DNA of 64,000 bases. Source: an uncultured candidate division Zixibacteria bacterium (lineage in GTDB: Bacteria; Zixibacteria; MSB-5A5; GN15; FEB-12). The stretch is from assembly GCA_963806185.1 (NCBI GenBank), contig CAWDXE010000004.1:32001-96000 (forward strand), in the 5' to 3' direction. Positions 1 through 10,136 of this stretch are shown here, piece by piece. Below the pieces are notes generated by a model. That model was given only the letters and a program-made list of their open reading frames with translations. It did not search any database and was not told where the DNA came from. The stretch's first letter is position 1. The number at the start of each line of letters is the position of its first letter. A program made the position numbers and the translations under genes.

Positions 1-1
1 C

Positions 2-3000
2 GGGGAATTTCACGGCGGGGCAGTCGGCGGGAATGTTATCTCGATGGTTGTATATAACGGCGAGTTGATAGTTGGCGGGAAATTCCAGAGTATTGGTGAT
101 CAGGCGCTTTCGAACATCGCTGCGTGGAATGGAACTTCTTGGTCGCCGCTTGGGCAGGGGACAAACGGCCAGGTCAATAACGTCATCTTGTTCGGCTCTG
201 ATCTGATCGCATCAGGCATCTTCACTACGGCCGGTGGTGTGAGTGCAAACAACATTGCCCGTTGGAATGGTTCGACCTGGTCTGCCCTCGGCACCGGAAC
301 CAACAACATCGTCTATGCGCTTGTCGTGTTCAATTCGGAGCTCTACGTCGGCGGTGAGTTTACCGAAGCGGGTGGAGATTCTGCCAATTTCGTGGCTAAG
401 TGGGATGGTAGTAGCTGGACAGCTCTCTCCACTGGCATGGATGCAGGCGTATATGATCTCAAAAGTTTTGGTGGTGAGGTGATTGCCGGCGGCTGGTTCA
501 CGACGGCTGGGGGAACAACGGTCAATTACATAGCTAAATGGGACGGTTCGAACTGGGTGGCACTCGGCGGGGGAATGAGCTATGGCGTGAATGCGCTCGA
601 GGTCCACGACAGCAAACTGATTGCCGCTGGAGACTTCGCTTACGCCGGTGGTGTTCCCGTCGGAAGAGTGGCTCAGTGGGATGGAGCTTCGTGGAGCGCC
701 GTGGGAACGGGCTTTGAAGCTTCAGTTTACTGGTTGTATTCGTACGACACCAAACTGTACGCTGGAGGTACTTTTCTAACTGCCGACGGCAATTCCGCAG
801 TCAGGGTGGCGAGTTGGAATGGCAGTGCGTGGTCCGCAATGGAGACTGGCGTCAATGGTCTTTGGGTAACCGCCTTCATGGCCTACAGCGGATATGTATA
901 CGTCGGCGGCAGGTTTGGCACGACTGGCGGGCTGAGCAGCCCCAATTTGTCCAGATGGACGGGAAGTTCCTGGCTGGCCATGCCAGGGTTAACAGCCCTG
1001 GGTGGCTCCGTTTACGGTGCTCTAAGCTTCCGCGATACGCTCTATATCGCAGGTGACATTCGGAAGGCCGGACCCACGTCAGTGAATCACATCGCTCGCT
1101 GGGATGGCTCCGCTTGGAATACGCTCGGCACCGGCTTCGATTCACTCGCTTACGCCTTGGTGGAATATGACGGACAACTGGTTGTAGGCGGCAGATTCAT
1201 CAATGCCGGCGGAGTCTCGGCCAATAAGATTGCCCGATGGAATGGTTCTAACTGGCAAAGCTTTGGCACAGGCATGAATGGCACAGTCAGAACGCTGCGA
1301 ATATTTCGGGGCGATCTGGTGGCGGCAGGAGCATTTACAACAGCGGGCGGCAGTTCGGCTAATCGGATTGCGAGATGGAATGGTGCAACGTGGGCACCTC
1401 TAGCCGGAGGGGTCAATGGGTCTATTGTTGCCACGGCGATTTTCGAAGGGGACCTCATCGTTGCGGGGACTTTTACCGAGGCCAATGGCCTCACTGCCAA
1501 TCGGATTGCTCGCTGGGACGGCAGCGCCTGGTCGGCTTTGCCCGGCGGAGGCACGGATTCAACTATTTGGTCACTAGGGACATTTGGCAACGATCTGATT
1601 GTTGGCGGTGGTTTTATTCAGATTGGCGGCATCTCGGCCAACCGAATAGCTCTGTTCGACGGCACTGCATGGTCGGCTATGGGAACCGGCATGCCGTACG
1701 AAGTCTACGATATCGACGAGTTTGGTGGTGCCCTGTATGCCGCTGGCCGATTCTACTATGCGAGCGACACCTTGGTGAATTTCATCGCCCGTTGGGAGGG
1801 CGGATCACTCTGGTCCCGGCTCGGTTCAGGGTTCGATAACAGCGCGTTTGTCATGGCTCCCCACAACGAACGCCTCGTCTCCGGCGGGGCGTTTTCTGCT
1901 GCCGGTGACAAGGCGTCCTTCCGCGTGGCTGCATGGGCCCCACATACCTTATGTGGCGACGCGGACCAGAGCAACTATGTCGACATCGCGGACGTGAGCG
2001 CCCTGGTAAATTATCTGTATCGTAACATATCGTCTGTTACCCCTGATTGTGATATTGACGACTATGCGACCGTGAACATCAGGGATTTGGCGCGACTAAT
2101 TGAGAGTCTGTTCCTTACGTTCATACCGCCCAGTTGTTCACCGTCCATGCCTCGCTATTTGCCAAGCATTAGGACAGTGGATACCGTCAGTTTCTCGACG
2201 TATGTCTTCCCGGGCTCAGTCACGCAAGTTTCCGTCGATCTCAATTACCACAACAGCCAGGCGGTGTACGCATATTGTCTTCCCCTGAAGATTCGCGTGG
2301 ACGGAGTTAGAGCGACGATCGACTCCGTTAGTTCGACACCACGATTGGTGGGTGGCATGGGAAGATTCTCAGGTATTGACAGTACATCTGGTACCGTCAC
2401 GATCGGCACACAAATGGTGAGTGATCCAATATCTGCCGGAAGCGGTGCAATCGCCAAAATCTGGATATCGATGCCCCCGATGCCATACGACCGCGTGATA
2501 GAGTTCGACACGGCGCATACCCAGCCGCACAACACGCCACTGTTCCTTGGGACTCCTCCCGACTTAGTCGGATTCGTACCGATCATGGAGTTCAGAATGG
2601 ACACCGATCACGACGGCTATGCTGACCCTGACGACAACTGTCCGCTCGTATATAATCCCGCTCAGCAGGATGACGACTATGACAGTGTCGGAAATGTCTG
2701 TGATAACTGTCCGGCTATCATGAACGTCGATCAGGAAGATGCCGACGGGGATGGCATCGGCGACGCCTGTGACAACTGCCCGTTTGTCTACAATCCCGGC
2801 CAGGAAGACGGCAACGGCAACGGCATCGGCGATGTGTGCGACCCGAATTTCGACACCACCCACATCGTTGACACGGCGGATGTCTACTATGTTCGCCAGG
2901 CCGATCTCGACAAGGACAATCGTGCGGATATCATCTATACTGGCGGTGCGGATGACACGCTGTATGTTGCTTACGGCCGGACTGACGGCTCGCTCGACTC

Positions 3001-4762
3001 GCCCCGCGGTTACTATCGCGTCGGGAAGGCGGCGCTGACCATCGATTTCATCAATGCCGACACGCTGCTGGACATCGTGGCGTACTCACCGACTACGCTG
3101 TACGTGATGTTGAATCTGGGCGGGCGTTCGTTCTCAATCGACTCGACGTCAGTCGCGCCACCACCCTCCAATTTCAGACTGCCCACGAATCTCTCTTCCG
3201 TGGCAGTTGCGTCCGGATTCTTTAACAACGATGCGTTCAAGGACATTGTCTGCTCACCCGACCGGTTCTTCCCCGGAAACGGCAGCGGGCGGTATATGAC
3301 GGAGAACACCCTGTCGACCAGCGTCGACGCGCTGGACGCCATCGATCTGAACCAGGACGGTATCGACGACATAGTCGGTGTAGCCGGTGACTCGGCTTTC
3401 CTGTACCTCAACAACGGCACTCCGAGCCTTACCAGGAGCGCCGCCCTGCAGATTGGCTTCCACAGCTTCGACGTGGCCACGGTCCGCACGCACGCGGATT
3501 TCAATCTCGACGGGAACGAGGATTTCGCCGTCATCGTAGGGAATACGGCCGGGATCGCTGACACCAGCACCTTGACGGTTGTATTGGGCAATGGCGCCGG
3601 CGGCATCATCTCATCGAGCCGTACCGAGATCGTCGGTACGGCCGTCAACATGTCGGTGGCGGACGTCAACAAGGACGGCCGGTTGGATGTGAGCGTCATC
3701 AACGCTGACAGCGGCTCCCTGGTCATCAACTTTGGTGATGGGTCGGGCGGATTCAGCGATGCGGCCTCGTTTGCCGTTGGCACAGGGGAGAATTCCGTTC
3801 TCGCCCTGGTCAGTGGTGACCTGAACCGCGACGGGAGTTCCGATTTCCTCGTCGGTGGACAGGGGGGAGCGCCGCTGGTGCTGGCGTATAACGGGCTGCC
3901 CGGTTCGCAGATCCTGGACAGCCAAATGATCACCACGGTATACAACGACGCCCGGCTTCGCATTACTAATCCGGAGGGATTGATCATTTCGCGGCAGCTC
4001 CAGACTGTCGCCGGCGCGGCGTACTGGCGTTACGATATCGACGGTAATGGTGCGATCGACAATCAGGCGTACGACTACAACCTGCAGTATGGTCTGTACA
4101 CCATCGTTGTCGGGAGAGTTGGGACTCGACCGATCGAGCATCTGGAAGTTGGCATCGGCATTGACGGTTCAGCCAACTTCTGCCTGGCCAGGCATTACAA
4201 CGGTCTGGACAGTAGCGGCGTCGACAGCCTGGTGTTCTTTTTTGATGCTCAGGCGACGTCGCCGGTTGTTCCGGCCAGCGGCGTGCCCACGACCAACCGT
4301 CAGCCGACCCTTAGTTGGCCCGGCCTGACGGCCCGTTCGTTCGCGTCGACCACCTACCGACTCCAGCTTGACCGGTATTACGATTTCCGGGCACCAATTG
4401 TCGACATCAATGATTTGGCCGGGACAAGCTATTTGGTGCCCAGTACACTTGGCCCCGACTCGGTGTACTACTGGCGAGTGAAACGAAGCGTCGACGCGGA
4501 TTTCTCCCACCCGTATGCCTTATGGATAACGGGGGGTGCCTGCTGTCTGACGCCGACCGGCAACATCGACTGTGACCCCACCGGCGGCGTAGACATCGGC
4601 GACCTGACCGTGCTGATCGACAACCTGTTCATCTCGTTCGCTCCGCTGTGTTGCGAAGCAGAGGCGAACTGCGATGGACTTGGCGGCATTGACATTGGCG
4701 ACTTGACCAAGCTGATCGACAACCTGTTCATCACTTTCACGCCGCTGGCGGCGTGCCAGTGA
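2..4762 (+). CDS. Giant modular surface protein, 5'-truncated by the window edge: >=13 beta-propeller blade repeats, internal dockerin-like domain, cohesin-like domain, TSP3 repeats, FG-GAP/VCBS repeats, FN3-like domain, C-terminal Cys-rich dockerin-like domain
   Basis: The frame is open from nt 2 (GEFHGGAVGGNVISM). It has 13 W[ND]GxxW repeats of ~47 aa, CGDADQSNYVDIADVSALVNYLY at ~1950, DxDxDG...DNCP repeats at ~2600-2850, DLNxDGxxD repeats at ~2880-3900, and a duplicated DIGDLTxLIDNLF at the C-terminus. Confidence 0.85.
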   Translation, partial: GEFHGGAVGGNVISMVVYNGELIVGGKFQSIGDQALSNIAAWNGTSWSPLGQGTNGQVNNVILFGSDLIASGIFTTAGGVSANNIARWNGSTWSALGTGTNNIVYALVVFNSELYVGGEFTEAGGDSANFVAKWDGSSWTALSTGMDAGVYDLKSFGGEVIAGGWFTTAGGTTVNYIAKWDGSNWVALGGGMSYGVNALEVHDSKLIAAGDFAYAGGVPVGRVAQWDGASWSAVGTGFEASVYWLYSYDTKLYAGGTFLTADGNSAVRVASWNGSAWSAMETGVNGLWVTAFMAYSGYVYVGGRFGTTGGLSSPNLSRWTGSSWLAMPGLTALGGSVYGALSFRDTLYIAGDIRKAGPTSVNHIARWDGSAWNTLGTGFDSLAYALVEYDGQLVVGGRFINAGGVSANKIARWNGSNWQSFGTGMNGTVRTLRIFRGDLVAAGAFTTAGGSSANRIARWNGATWAPLAGGVNGSIVATAIFEGDLIVAGTFTEANGLTANRIARWDGSAWSALPGGGTDSTIWSLGTFGNDLIVGGGFIQIGGISANRIALFDGTAWSAMGTGMPYEVYDIDEFGGALYAAGRFYYASDTLVNFIARWEGGSLWSRLGSGFDNSAFVMAPHNERLVSGGAFSAAGDKASFRVAAWAPHTLCGDADQSNYVDIADVSALVNYLYRNISSVTPDCDIDDYATVNIRDLARLIESLFLTFIPPSCSPSMPRYLPSIRTVDTVSFSTYVFPGSVTQVSVDLNYHNSQAVYAYCLPLKIRVDGVRATIDSVSSTPRLVGGMGRFSGIDSTSGTVTIGTQMVSDPISAGSGAIAKIWISMPPMPYDRVIEFDTAHTQPHNTPLFLGTPPDLVGFVPIMEFRMDTDHDGYADPDDNCPLVYNPAQQDDDYDSVGNVCDNCPAIMNVDQEDADGDGIGDACDNCPFVYNPGQEDGNGNGIGDVCDPNFDTTHIVDTADVYYVRQADLDKDNRADIIYTGGADDTLYVAYGRTDGSLDSPRGYYRVGKAALTIDFINADTLLDIVAYSPTTLYVMLNLGGRSFSIDSTSVAPPPSNFRLPTNLSSVAVASGFFNNDAFKDIVCSPDRFFPGNGSGRYMTENTLSTSVDALDAIDLNQDGIDDIVGVAGDSAFLYLNNGTPSLTRSAALQIGFHSFDVATVRTHADFNLDGNEDFAVIVGNTAGIADTSTLTVVLGNGAGGIISSSRTEIVGTAVNMSVADVNKDGRLDVSVINADSGSLVINFGDGSGGFSDAASFAVGTGENSVLALVSGDLNRDGSSDFLVGGQGGAPLVLAYNGLPGSQILDSQMITTVYNDARLRITNPEGLIISRQLQTVAGAAYWRYDIDGNGAIDNQAYDYNLQYGLYTIVVGRVGTRPIEHLEVGIGIDGSANFCLARHYNGLDSSGVDSLVFFFDAQATSPVVPASGVPTTNRQPTLSWPGLTARSFASTTYRLQLDRYYDFRAPIVDINDLAGTSYLVPSTLGPDSVYYWRVKRSVDADFSHPYALWITGGACCLTPTGNIDCDPTGGVDIGDLTVLIDNLFISFAPLCCEAEANCDGLGGIDIGDLTKLIDNLFITFTPLAACQ

Positions 4763-4950
4763 GGAAAACGGATTATCTGAAAGCCGTCACGATGAGGTGA
4801 AGAAGGTCTTAAAATAGTTGCGTGCTATCCGACTACGGCTGAACCGACTAAGCCCGCATAGTCTGATCACATACCGCACGACTAGGTTAATACCCGTAGT
4901 CTGTCGGTGGCATTGAATACTCTGTGACAGAGAATCTCCGAGATGCTTCT

Positions 4951-6441
4951 TCAAAACTTCATGTACATGAACGCTGACGTACCGTACTTTCCGAGGAAAC
5001 AGACACCGAGAATAATGGCGTAATAGACACACCACCTGACGACCATGTGTCTCTGCGAGAGTCGTTGTGCCAACGTGCTTGAATTGCCCCCGCGTGCTAC
5101 AACGATCACCGCCAGATAGATGAGCGAGCCAAGTGCGATTATGAGTGGTTCGTCGAAACCGTTGCCAAACAGAAATATCTCCCGAATCGCTTCTTTGCTG
5201 GTGAGAGCATTCATAGTCAACCCGGAGAAATTGAAGCAATTGGCGATTACATACCAGGCGTCAGCAAGACTATCGGCCCTGAAGAATACCCAGGCAAAGC
5301 AGACGGCGTTAAACGTCACGAGCACCTGCCATGCCCCGAGTATTCGCGACTTCTCAAGTCCCAGCCGTTTGTAGATCCGTCGTTGCATTGGTTTCCACAA
5401 GACTGCAATCGACATAAACAGCCCGTGAAGCAGTCCCCAGACCACAAAGCCCCATCCCACTCCATGCCAGAGTCCCGAGACAAAAAAGGTCAGTAGCAGT
5501 GCCGCCGGAATGGCAAATTTTCCCCAACGACGCAGGGATATCTGCAGGGGTTTGAAGAGGTAATCGAGGATGAAGCGCGACAACGACATGTGCCATCGTC
5601 GCCAGAATTCAATCACGGAACGGGCAAAATACGGACGATTGAAATTCTCAGTCAACGATATGTTAAATATCTGCGCCACGCCGCGCACCATGTCGGTATA
5701 ACCGGCAAAATCGAAATACAGCTGAATCGCGTAGCAATATGTCGCCAGGATCAACGATATCCCCTGGAATCGGTGTACGTCGCCGTATACGGCACCAACA
5801 AACATATCCATTCGGTCGGCTATGACTACTTTCTTGAACACTCCCCAGAAGAACAAGACCAACCCACTCCGCACATTCTCGGGAGTAATGTCAATGGCAC
5901 TCCGTAATTGCGGCATCAGTTGACCGACACGCTCGATGGGACCCTGGAGCAATTTCGGGAAAAAACAGAGATAGAGGAGAAAGAAACCAAAATGGCTCTC
6001 AGCGCTTTCAAAGCCGAGGTAAACGTCGGTTAGATACGAGATGGCTTGTATCATCAGATAAGAAACGCCAATCGTCATCCAAAGCGAAGACGGTTGGAGG
6101 AGGCCGCCGAAGTCGAATGAAAGAATTGTGTTGGTCAGGTCAGGAAACAAGTACGGCAAGTAGCGGGCGATCGCCAGGGTGGCAACGAGCGATGTGACGC
6201 CCATCCAGAAAAGCAATCTTTTGGACGCGGGGGAGTCCGCTGAAGAGATCAGCTTACCCGAACCAAACGCGACCAGCGCGATTATGAAAAGGAACACGAA
6301 TAGATAAGGGGAGCCGAAGGTCGCGTAGAAGCAAAGACTGGCAGCAGTTAACAACATCCAGCGAAATCGAGCTGGAATCAAGGCGGTGAGAAATGCCAAT
6401 ACCAGCACAAAGGCAAGAAATGAGATTGAATGTAGGCTCAG
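4951..6441 (-). CDS. MBOAT family O-acyltransferase (AlgI/DltB-like) with C-terminal FxYxxF motif
   Basis: Motifs FFPKLLQGPIER, DFAGYTD, ENFNRPY, FWRRWHMSLS and catalytic SGLWHG; ends FMYMKF. The ORF-track start is 6408, but the frame extends to CTG at 6441 behind a GGAGG. Confidence 0.92.
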   Translation of the reverse strand: MSLHSISFLAFVLVLAFLTALIPARFRWMLLTAASLCFYATFGSPYLFVFLFIIALVAFGSGKLISSADSPASKRLLFWMGVTSLVATLAIARYLPYLFPDLTNTILSFDFGGLLQPSSLWMTIGVSYLMIQAISYLTDVYLGFESAESHFGFFLLYLCFFPKLLQGPIERVGQLMPQLRSAIDITPENVRSGLVLFFWGVFKKVVIADRMDMFVGAVYGDVHRFQGISLILATYCYAIQLYFDFAGYTDMVRGVAQIFNISLTENFNRPYFARSVIEFWRRWHMSLSRFILDYLFKPLQISLRRWGKFAIPAALLLTFFVSGLWHGVGWGFVVWGLLHGLFMSIAVLWKPMQRRIYKRLGLEKSRILGAWQVLVTFNAVCFAWVFFRADSLADAWYVIANCFNFSGLTMNALTSKEAIREIFLFGNGFDEPLIIALGSLIYLAVIVVARGGNSSTLAQRLSQRHMVVRWCVYYAIILGVCFLGKYGTSAFMYMKF

Positions 6442-6517
6442 AATGAGCCTCCGAGAGAGGCGCGAAGCCGATCAGCAGCCCATTTCCGGACCGAAAGCAG
6501 TTCCTCTTTTGGAGAAG

Positions 6518-6751
6518 TCACTTTGCGGACTTCCGCTCGACGAGTGCCTGCAGGTCACCGATATTGCGAAGGCCGAGGACTTCAATAGTAGAGAAACGGA
6601 CTTTGTATTCACGTTCAACTGCCAGTATTATTCCAACGTGACTAAGCGAATCCCACCCAGGTACGTCGCTTGCAACCGTGGTGTCAGAAATCTCTACCTC
6701 ATCGATATCAAGTTCTTTGAAGATGGTCTGTTTAAGCCGATCTGAGATCAT
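6518..6751 (-). CDS. Acyl carrier protein
   Basis: 77 aa, acidic, phosphopantetheine site GWDSLSH; lies between the FAAL and MBOAT genes. Confidence 0.92.
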   Translation of the reverse strand: MISDRLKQTIFKELDIDEVEISDTTVASDVPGWDSLSHVGIILAVEREYKVRFSTIEVLGLRNIGDLQALVERKSAK

Positions 6752-6759
6752 TTGCCGTC

Positions 6760-8451
6760 CTACTTGTAATGCAGTTCGACGACTGCGCGTTCACTATTTG
6801 CCTTTCTCGACGGCTTTCCCGACGAGCTCTTGATCAACCACCTCGGCGGAGCGAGATAGGCTCTATTAATGGTAATGTCGATTTCCATACCAGCGCGTAC
6901 GATGGCTCGTCGCAACGATCGATGATCCTCCGGGGACTCGAGTTTGGTCTCGGCGACTATGCACATTGACTCGGTGCCGGACTTCTCGTCTTCAACGCCA
7001 AACGCAACCACTCGTCCAGGAGTGACATGCGGAACACCCCCAATGGCATCCTCAACATCCTCCGGATAGATGTTCTTACCGGCTATGATGATGATGTCTT
7101 TTTTGCGACCAATGACATACAGTTCTCCGCCGTGGCGAAAACCGTAATCGCCGCTGAAGTACCAGCCATCCTTCATCACCGCTGCCGTCGCGGCCGGATT
7201 GTTCCGGTACTCTTCAAACAGCGAGACGGAACTGATGGCAATCTCACCCACCAAATCGTCAGCAAGGTCCAGCCCCTGGCTGTCGATAATGCGAACCTCA
7301 CATCCCGAAATCGGATGACCGGAAGAGACACACACCCGCTTGTCGCCCGACCCGACCTCAAGATTTGCCGCCCCTTTAGCAACATCCTCACGAGACACCG
7401 TCAGTTCGGTTGCGCGAACCCCTGGTGCCGTCTGGGTGACGGCAAACGTCGTCTCGGCCATCGCATAGCAAGCGGCCAGCGCATTCTCTCTGAATCCATG
7501 GTTCTCGAATCGGCGCAAGAAGCGATTGTGGCTCTCTGCCCTCACCGGTTCACTACAATTGACGAGCAGACGCAGGGATGACAGGTCGAGATCCGTTGGA
7601 ATATCCTCGTCACGAAGCTGTGTTCCCATCATGTTGTAGGCGAAATTGGGCAACCATCCGATTGTACCGTGCTCCTGAGACACAACCTCCAGGAACAGGA
7701 GGGGTGCCATGACCCACTCAAACGGGTCCAGTTGGACGAGCTGCACATTCGAGGTAATTGAGAGATAGAATGCGGCGATCAATCCCATATCATGATACAA
7801 GGGAAGCCAGCTGATGATTCTGTCCTGTTGGTCGAGATTAATCGAGGCCCCGTACCGCACGACATGTTCAAGAACCGCTCGATTGGAAAGAACTACTCCC
7901 TTCTGCATACCCGTAGTCCCCGACGAATGTTGGAGAAGACACGGACTGTCGCAGTCAGTTGGCGGCTTCCTTAGTGCCGAATCAGAGTTTCCATTTACAT
8001 ACCTCCATTCGAGAGGAAAATGCAAACCGCGAATGGTGCCACCCGCCGAAGCAACCACAGGTGAGACCACCGGTTCCAGTTCTCTCTCTGTCAAAAGCCA
8101 GTCGAGCCCGGAATGCCGGGACATCCCTTCCAGTCCCTGGCGAAACTTCTCGGGGTGTAGTCGAGCGTTTGGGTACGCCAGAACAGAAGGTATCGCCCCC
8201 AGCGCACTAATGCCGAAATACATGGGATAAAACTCGGGATGGTGGCGAATCATGAGCGCACACACATCCCCCTTCTTGACTCCAACGTCGACCAATGTTT
8301 GACGATACGCATTGGCACGCGTCATCAGCTTCTGCCAGGTCCACCGATACGGCTCGTGGCCGGCTTTGACGTGGGTGATGATGTTGCGGTCGGGATCGGC
8401 GGCGGCAAAATCCTGCCATCGATTCCAGACCGTCGAATCCGAATTGATCAT
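6760..8451 (-). CDS. Fatty acyl-AMP ligase (FAAL)-type adenylating enzyme
   Basis: Motifs LLQHSSGTTG, SWLPLYHDMGLI, PNFAY, CYAMAET followed by a FAAL-like insertion before VSSG, GRKKD and KSSSGK. Start moved to MINSDS. Confidence 0.85.
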   Translation of the reverse strand: MINSDSTVWNRWQDFAAADPDRNIITHVKAGHEPYRWTWQKLMTRANAYRQTLVDVGVKKGDVCALMIRHHPEFYPMYFGISALGAIPSVLAYPNARLHPEKFRQGLEGMSRHSGLDWLLTERELEPVVSPVVASAGGTIRGLHFPLEWRYVNGNSDSALRKPPTDCDSPCLLQHSSGTTGMQKGVVLSNRAVLEHVVRYGASINLDQQDRIISWLPLYHDMGLIAAFYLSITSNVQLVQLDPFEWVMAPLLFLEVVSQEHGTIGWLPNFAYNMMGTQLRDEDIPTDLDLSSLRLLVNCSEPVRAESHNRFLRRFENHGFRENALAACYAMAETTFAVTQTAPGVRATELTVSREDVAKGAANLEVGSGDKRVCVSSGHPISGCEVRIIDSQGLDLADDLVGEIAISSVSLFEEYRNNPAATAAVMKDGWYFSGDYGFRHGGELYVIGRKKDIIIIAGKNIYPEDVEDAIGGVPHVTPGRVVAFGVEDEKSGTESMCIVAETKLESPEDHRSLRRAIVRAGMEIDITINRAYLAPPRWLIKSSSGKPSRKANSERAVVELHYK

Positions 8452-8571
8452 AAGGTGCAACTCGTTGGTTCTGAATAGATATTTGGGTTCAGCTTCAAAC
8501 AATATACGATACTGGACCCACAAAGGCAAATCGGCATTTTACACGGCGGGCAATAAAGACTATATTGGTGC

Positions 8572-9609
8572 ATGCCTGTCACCACAACGACCGAACTGAT
8601 GAACCAAGCCAGTCCTCAGAGTTGGCGGGCGTTTTTCCGCCGGGCTTCGGCCTGTGCTGCCATCGGCAGCGTGTGCTATCTGGGCCTGTTGTTAGCTCTT
8701 TCACACATCAATTGGCAAGGGTATTCGTTACTGACTCGGAACACGGGATACTTCGTCGATCTCGGCGGTGACACTTTTACTGCACAGCGTTTTCAAGACG
8801 CACAGAATCACCCGCCCGTCGACATTCTGTTCTGCGGGTCGTCGCGGTCCTACTTGTCTTTTGATCCGAGGCCCTTCGCCCAATCCGGCATCAGTTCTTT
8901 TGATATTGGCTCTGCCGGGCAGTCACCACTCAATACATATTTCTTGCTGAAGCATTATTATTCCCGGTTCTCGCCCAAGCTGGTCGTGCTCGAGGTGTAC
9001 TACGTGACCTTGGGGATTGACGGGTTGGAGTGCTATTATGACCTTCTCGGGAATACGATCTTCAACAGTTCAATGGCGGAAATGTGTGTAGCGGTAGGTT
9101 CGCCAAAAGGATACAACGCAACTGCGGCGGTTCTTGTTCAGCGAATTGCCACGTTCGATTTCGACATTCCGGTGCAAAGACCAACCGCTCATCGCGTCTA
9201 CGTTGGTGAAGGTTTTGTCACAACGGACGAACAGGCGAGTGATTCGGCCGTTCCGGAGCAATTGCCGGTCGTTTTGCAGGGTACGCAAGTGGAATATCTC
9301 AGAAAAGCCATCGACTGGATCAAGCACGGCGGCGGAGAGGTTGTACTCGTTATTCCTCCGTTGCCAAAGAAGGTTGGGTTTCCCGAATCCGGACTCGATC
9401 ACCCCAAGAAGATCGAGATCATAGAATATCTTGCCGAATCCCGGTCAACGCGACTTCTTGACTTCAGCGAATCCCTGAAGCTCGATCCTCATCTGCATTT
9501 TTTCGATGACAAGCACTTGAATTCCCTCGGTGCTGCAAAGTTCAGCAAAGCACTTTGCGATAGCCTCCTCGTGTTGTACCCCCGCCTACTTTCCAATACC
9601 AATCACTAA
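8572..9609 (+). CDS. Membrane-anchored SGNH-like acyltransferase (DltD/AlgJ-like partner of the MBOAT)
   Basis: N-terminal TM helix, GSSRS nucleophile motif, C-terminal FDDKHLN (DxxH); divergent from the FAAL-ACP-MBOAT operon. Confidence 0.75.
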   Translation: MPVTTTTELMNQASPQSWRAFFRRASACAAIGSVCYLGLLLALSHINWQGYSLLTRNTGYFVDLGGDTFTAQRFQDAQNHPPVDILFCGSSRSYLSFDPRPFAQSGISSFDIGSAGQSPLNTYFLLKHYYSRFSPKLVVLEVYYVTLGIDGLECYYDLLGNTIFNSSMAEMCVAVGSPKGYNATAAVLVQRIATFDFDIPVQRPTAHRVYVGEGFVTTDEQASDSAVPEQLPVVLQGTQVEYLRKAIDWIKHGGGEVVLVIPPLPKKVGFPESGLDHPKKIEIIEYLAESRSTRLLDFSESLKLDPHLHFFDDKHLNSLGAAKFSKALCDSLLVLYPRLLSNTNH

Positions 9610-9837
9610 AATCGGGACCTGATCCCCAAAGTCGTGGCGGGGGAAGCGGCGCCGTGGATATCGGTGATCTGACCGCCCTCGCCGATGATGTATTCATTAC
9701 CTTCACACCGCCGGCGGGGTGTCAGTAGACGGTACGACGATCAGCGGAGAGAAAGTTGTTGATTGCGTTTTTGGCGCGGATGTATTATGCAATCGGACAC
9801 ACGAACGTCCGACCTCTTTTCACAATGGAGACTCAGT

Positions 9838-10047
9838 ATGAAATACGGAGCGCGCAACCGCATCACCGGCAAGGTCACGTCGATCAAAACCGGTGACGTC
9901 ATGTCGTTGGTGAAATTCGATGTCCTCGGCCCGGCGAAGATGGCCTCCGTGCTGACCGCGGAATCGGTGGAAGAGATGAGCTTGAAAGTGGGCGACGAGG
10001 TCGAATTGATCGTCAAGGCGATACATGTCTTGCCGGTGAAGAAGTAG
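9838..10047 (+). CDS. mop: Molybdate/tungstate-binding TOBE domain protein (Mop/molbindin)
   Basis: MKYGARNRITGKV...SVLTAESVEEMSLKVGDEV...VKA; GGAG RBS upstream; 69 aa. Confidence 0.88.
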   Translation: MKYGARNRITGKVTSIKTGDVMSLVKFDVLGPAKMASVLTAESVEEMSLKVGDEVELIVKAIHVLPVKK

Positions 10048-10136
10048 CCTCAGTGGCCTTATTCCGGAATCAGGGGGGATCGTGCTCGGGCCGGCGAGAT
10101 TATGGGTGCCGGTAACCGAGTGACGAGAAAGGAAGC

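Noticed and set aside
44..1930. Periodic ~140-bp similarity as a possible CRISPR or DNA repeat array
   Set aside because: Repeats are conserved at protein level only (propeller blades); no identical direct repeats with spacers and no cas genes.
3013..3987. 324-aa minus-strand ORF inside the giant gene
   Set aside because: Ser/Pro/Thr-rich shadow frame of the FG-GAP region.
9610..9837. Moco riboswitch or ModE box upstream of mop
   Set aside because: No recognisable ModE palindrome or Moco RNA consensus; only a weak TTGATT-18-TATTAT promoter.
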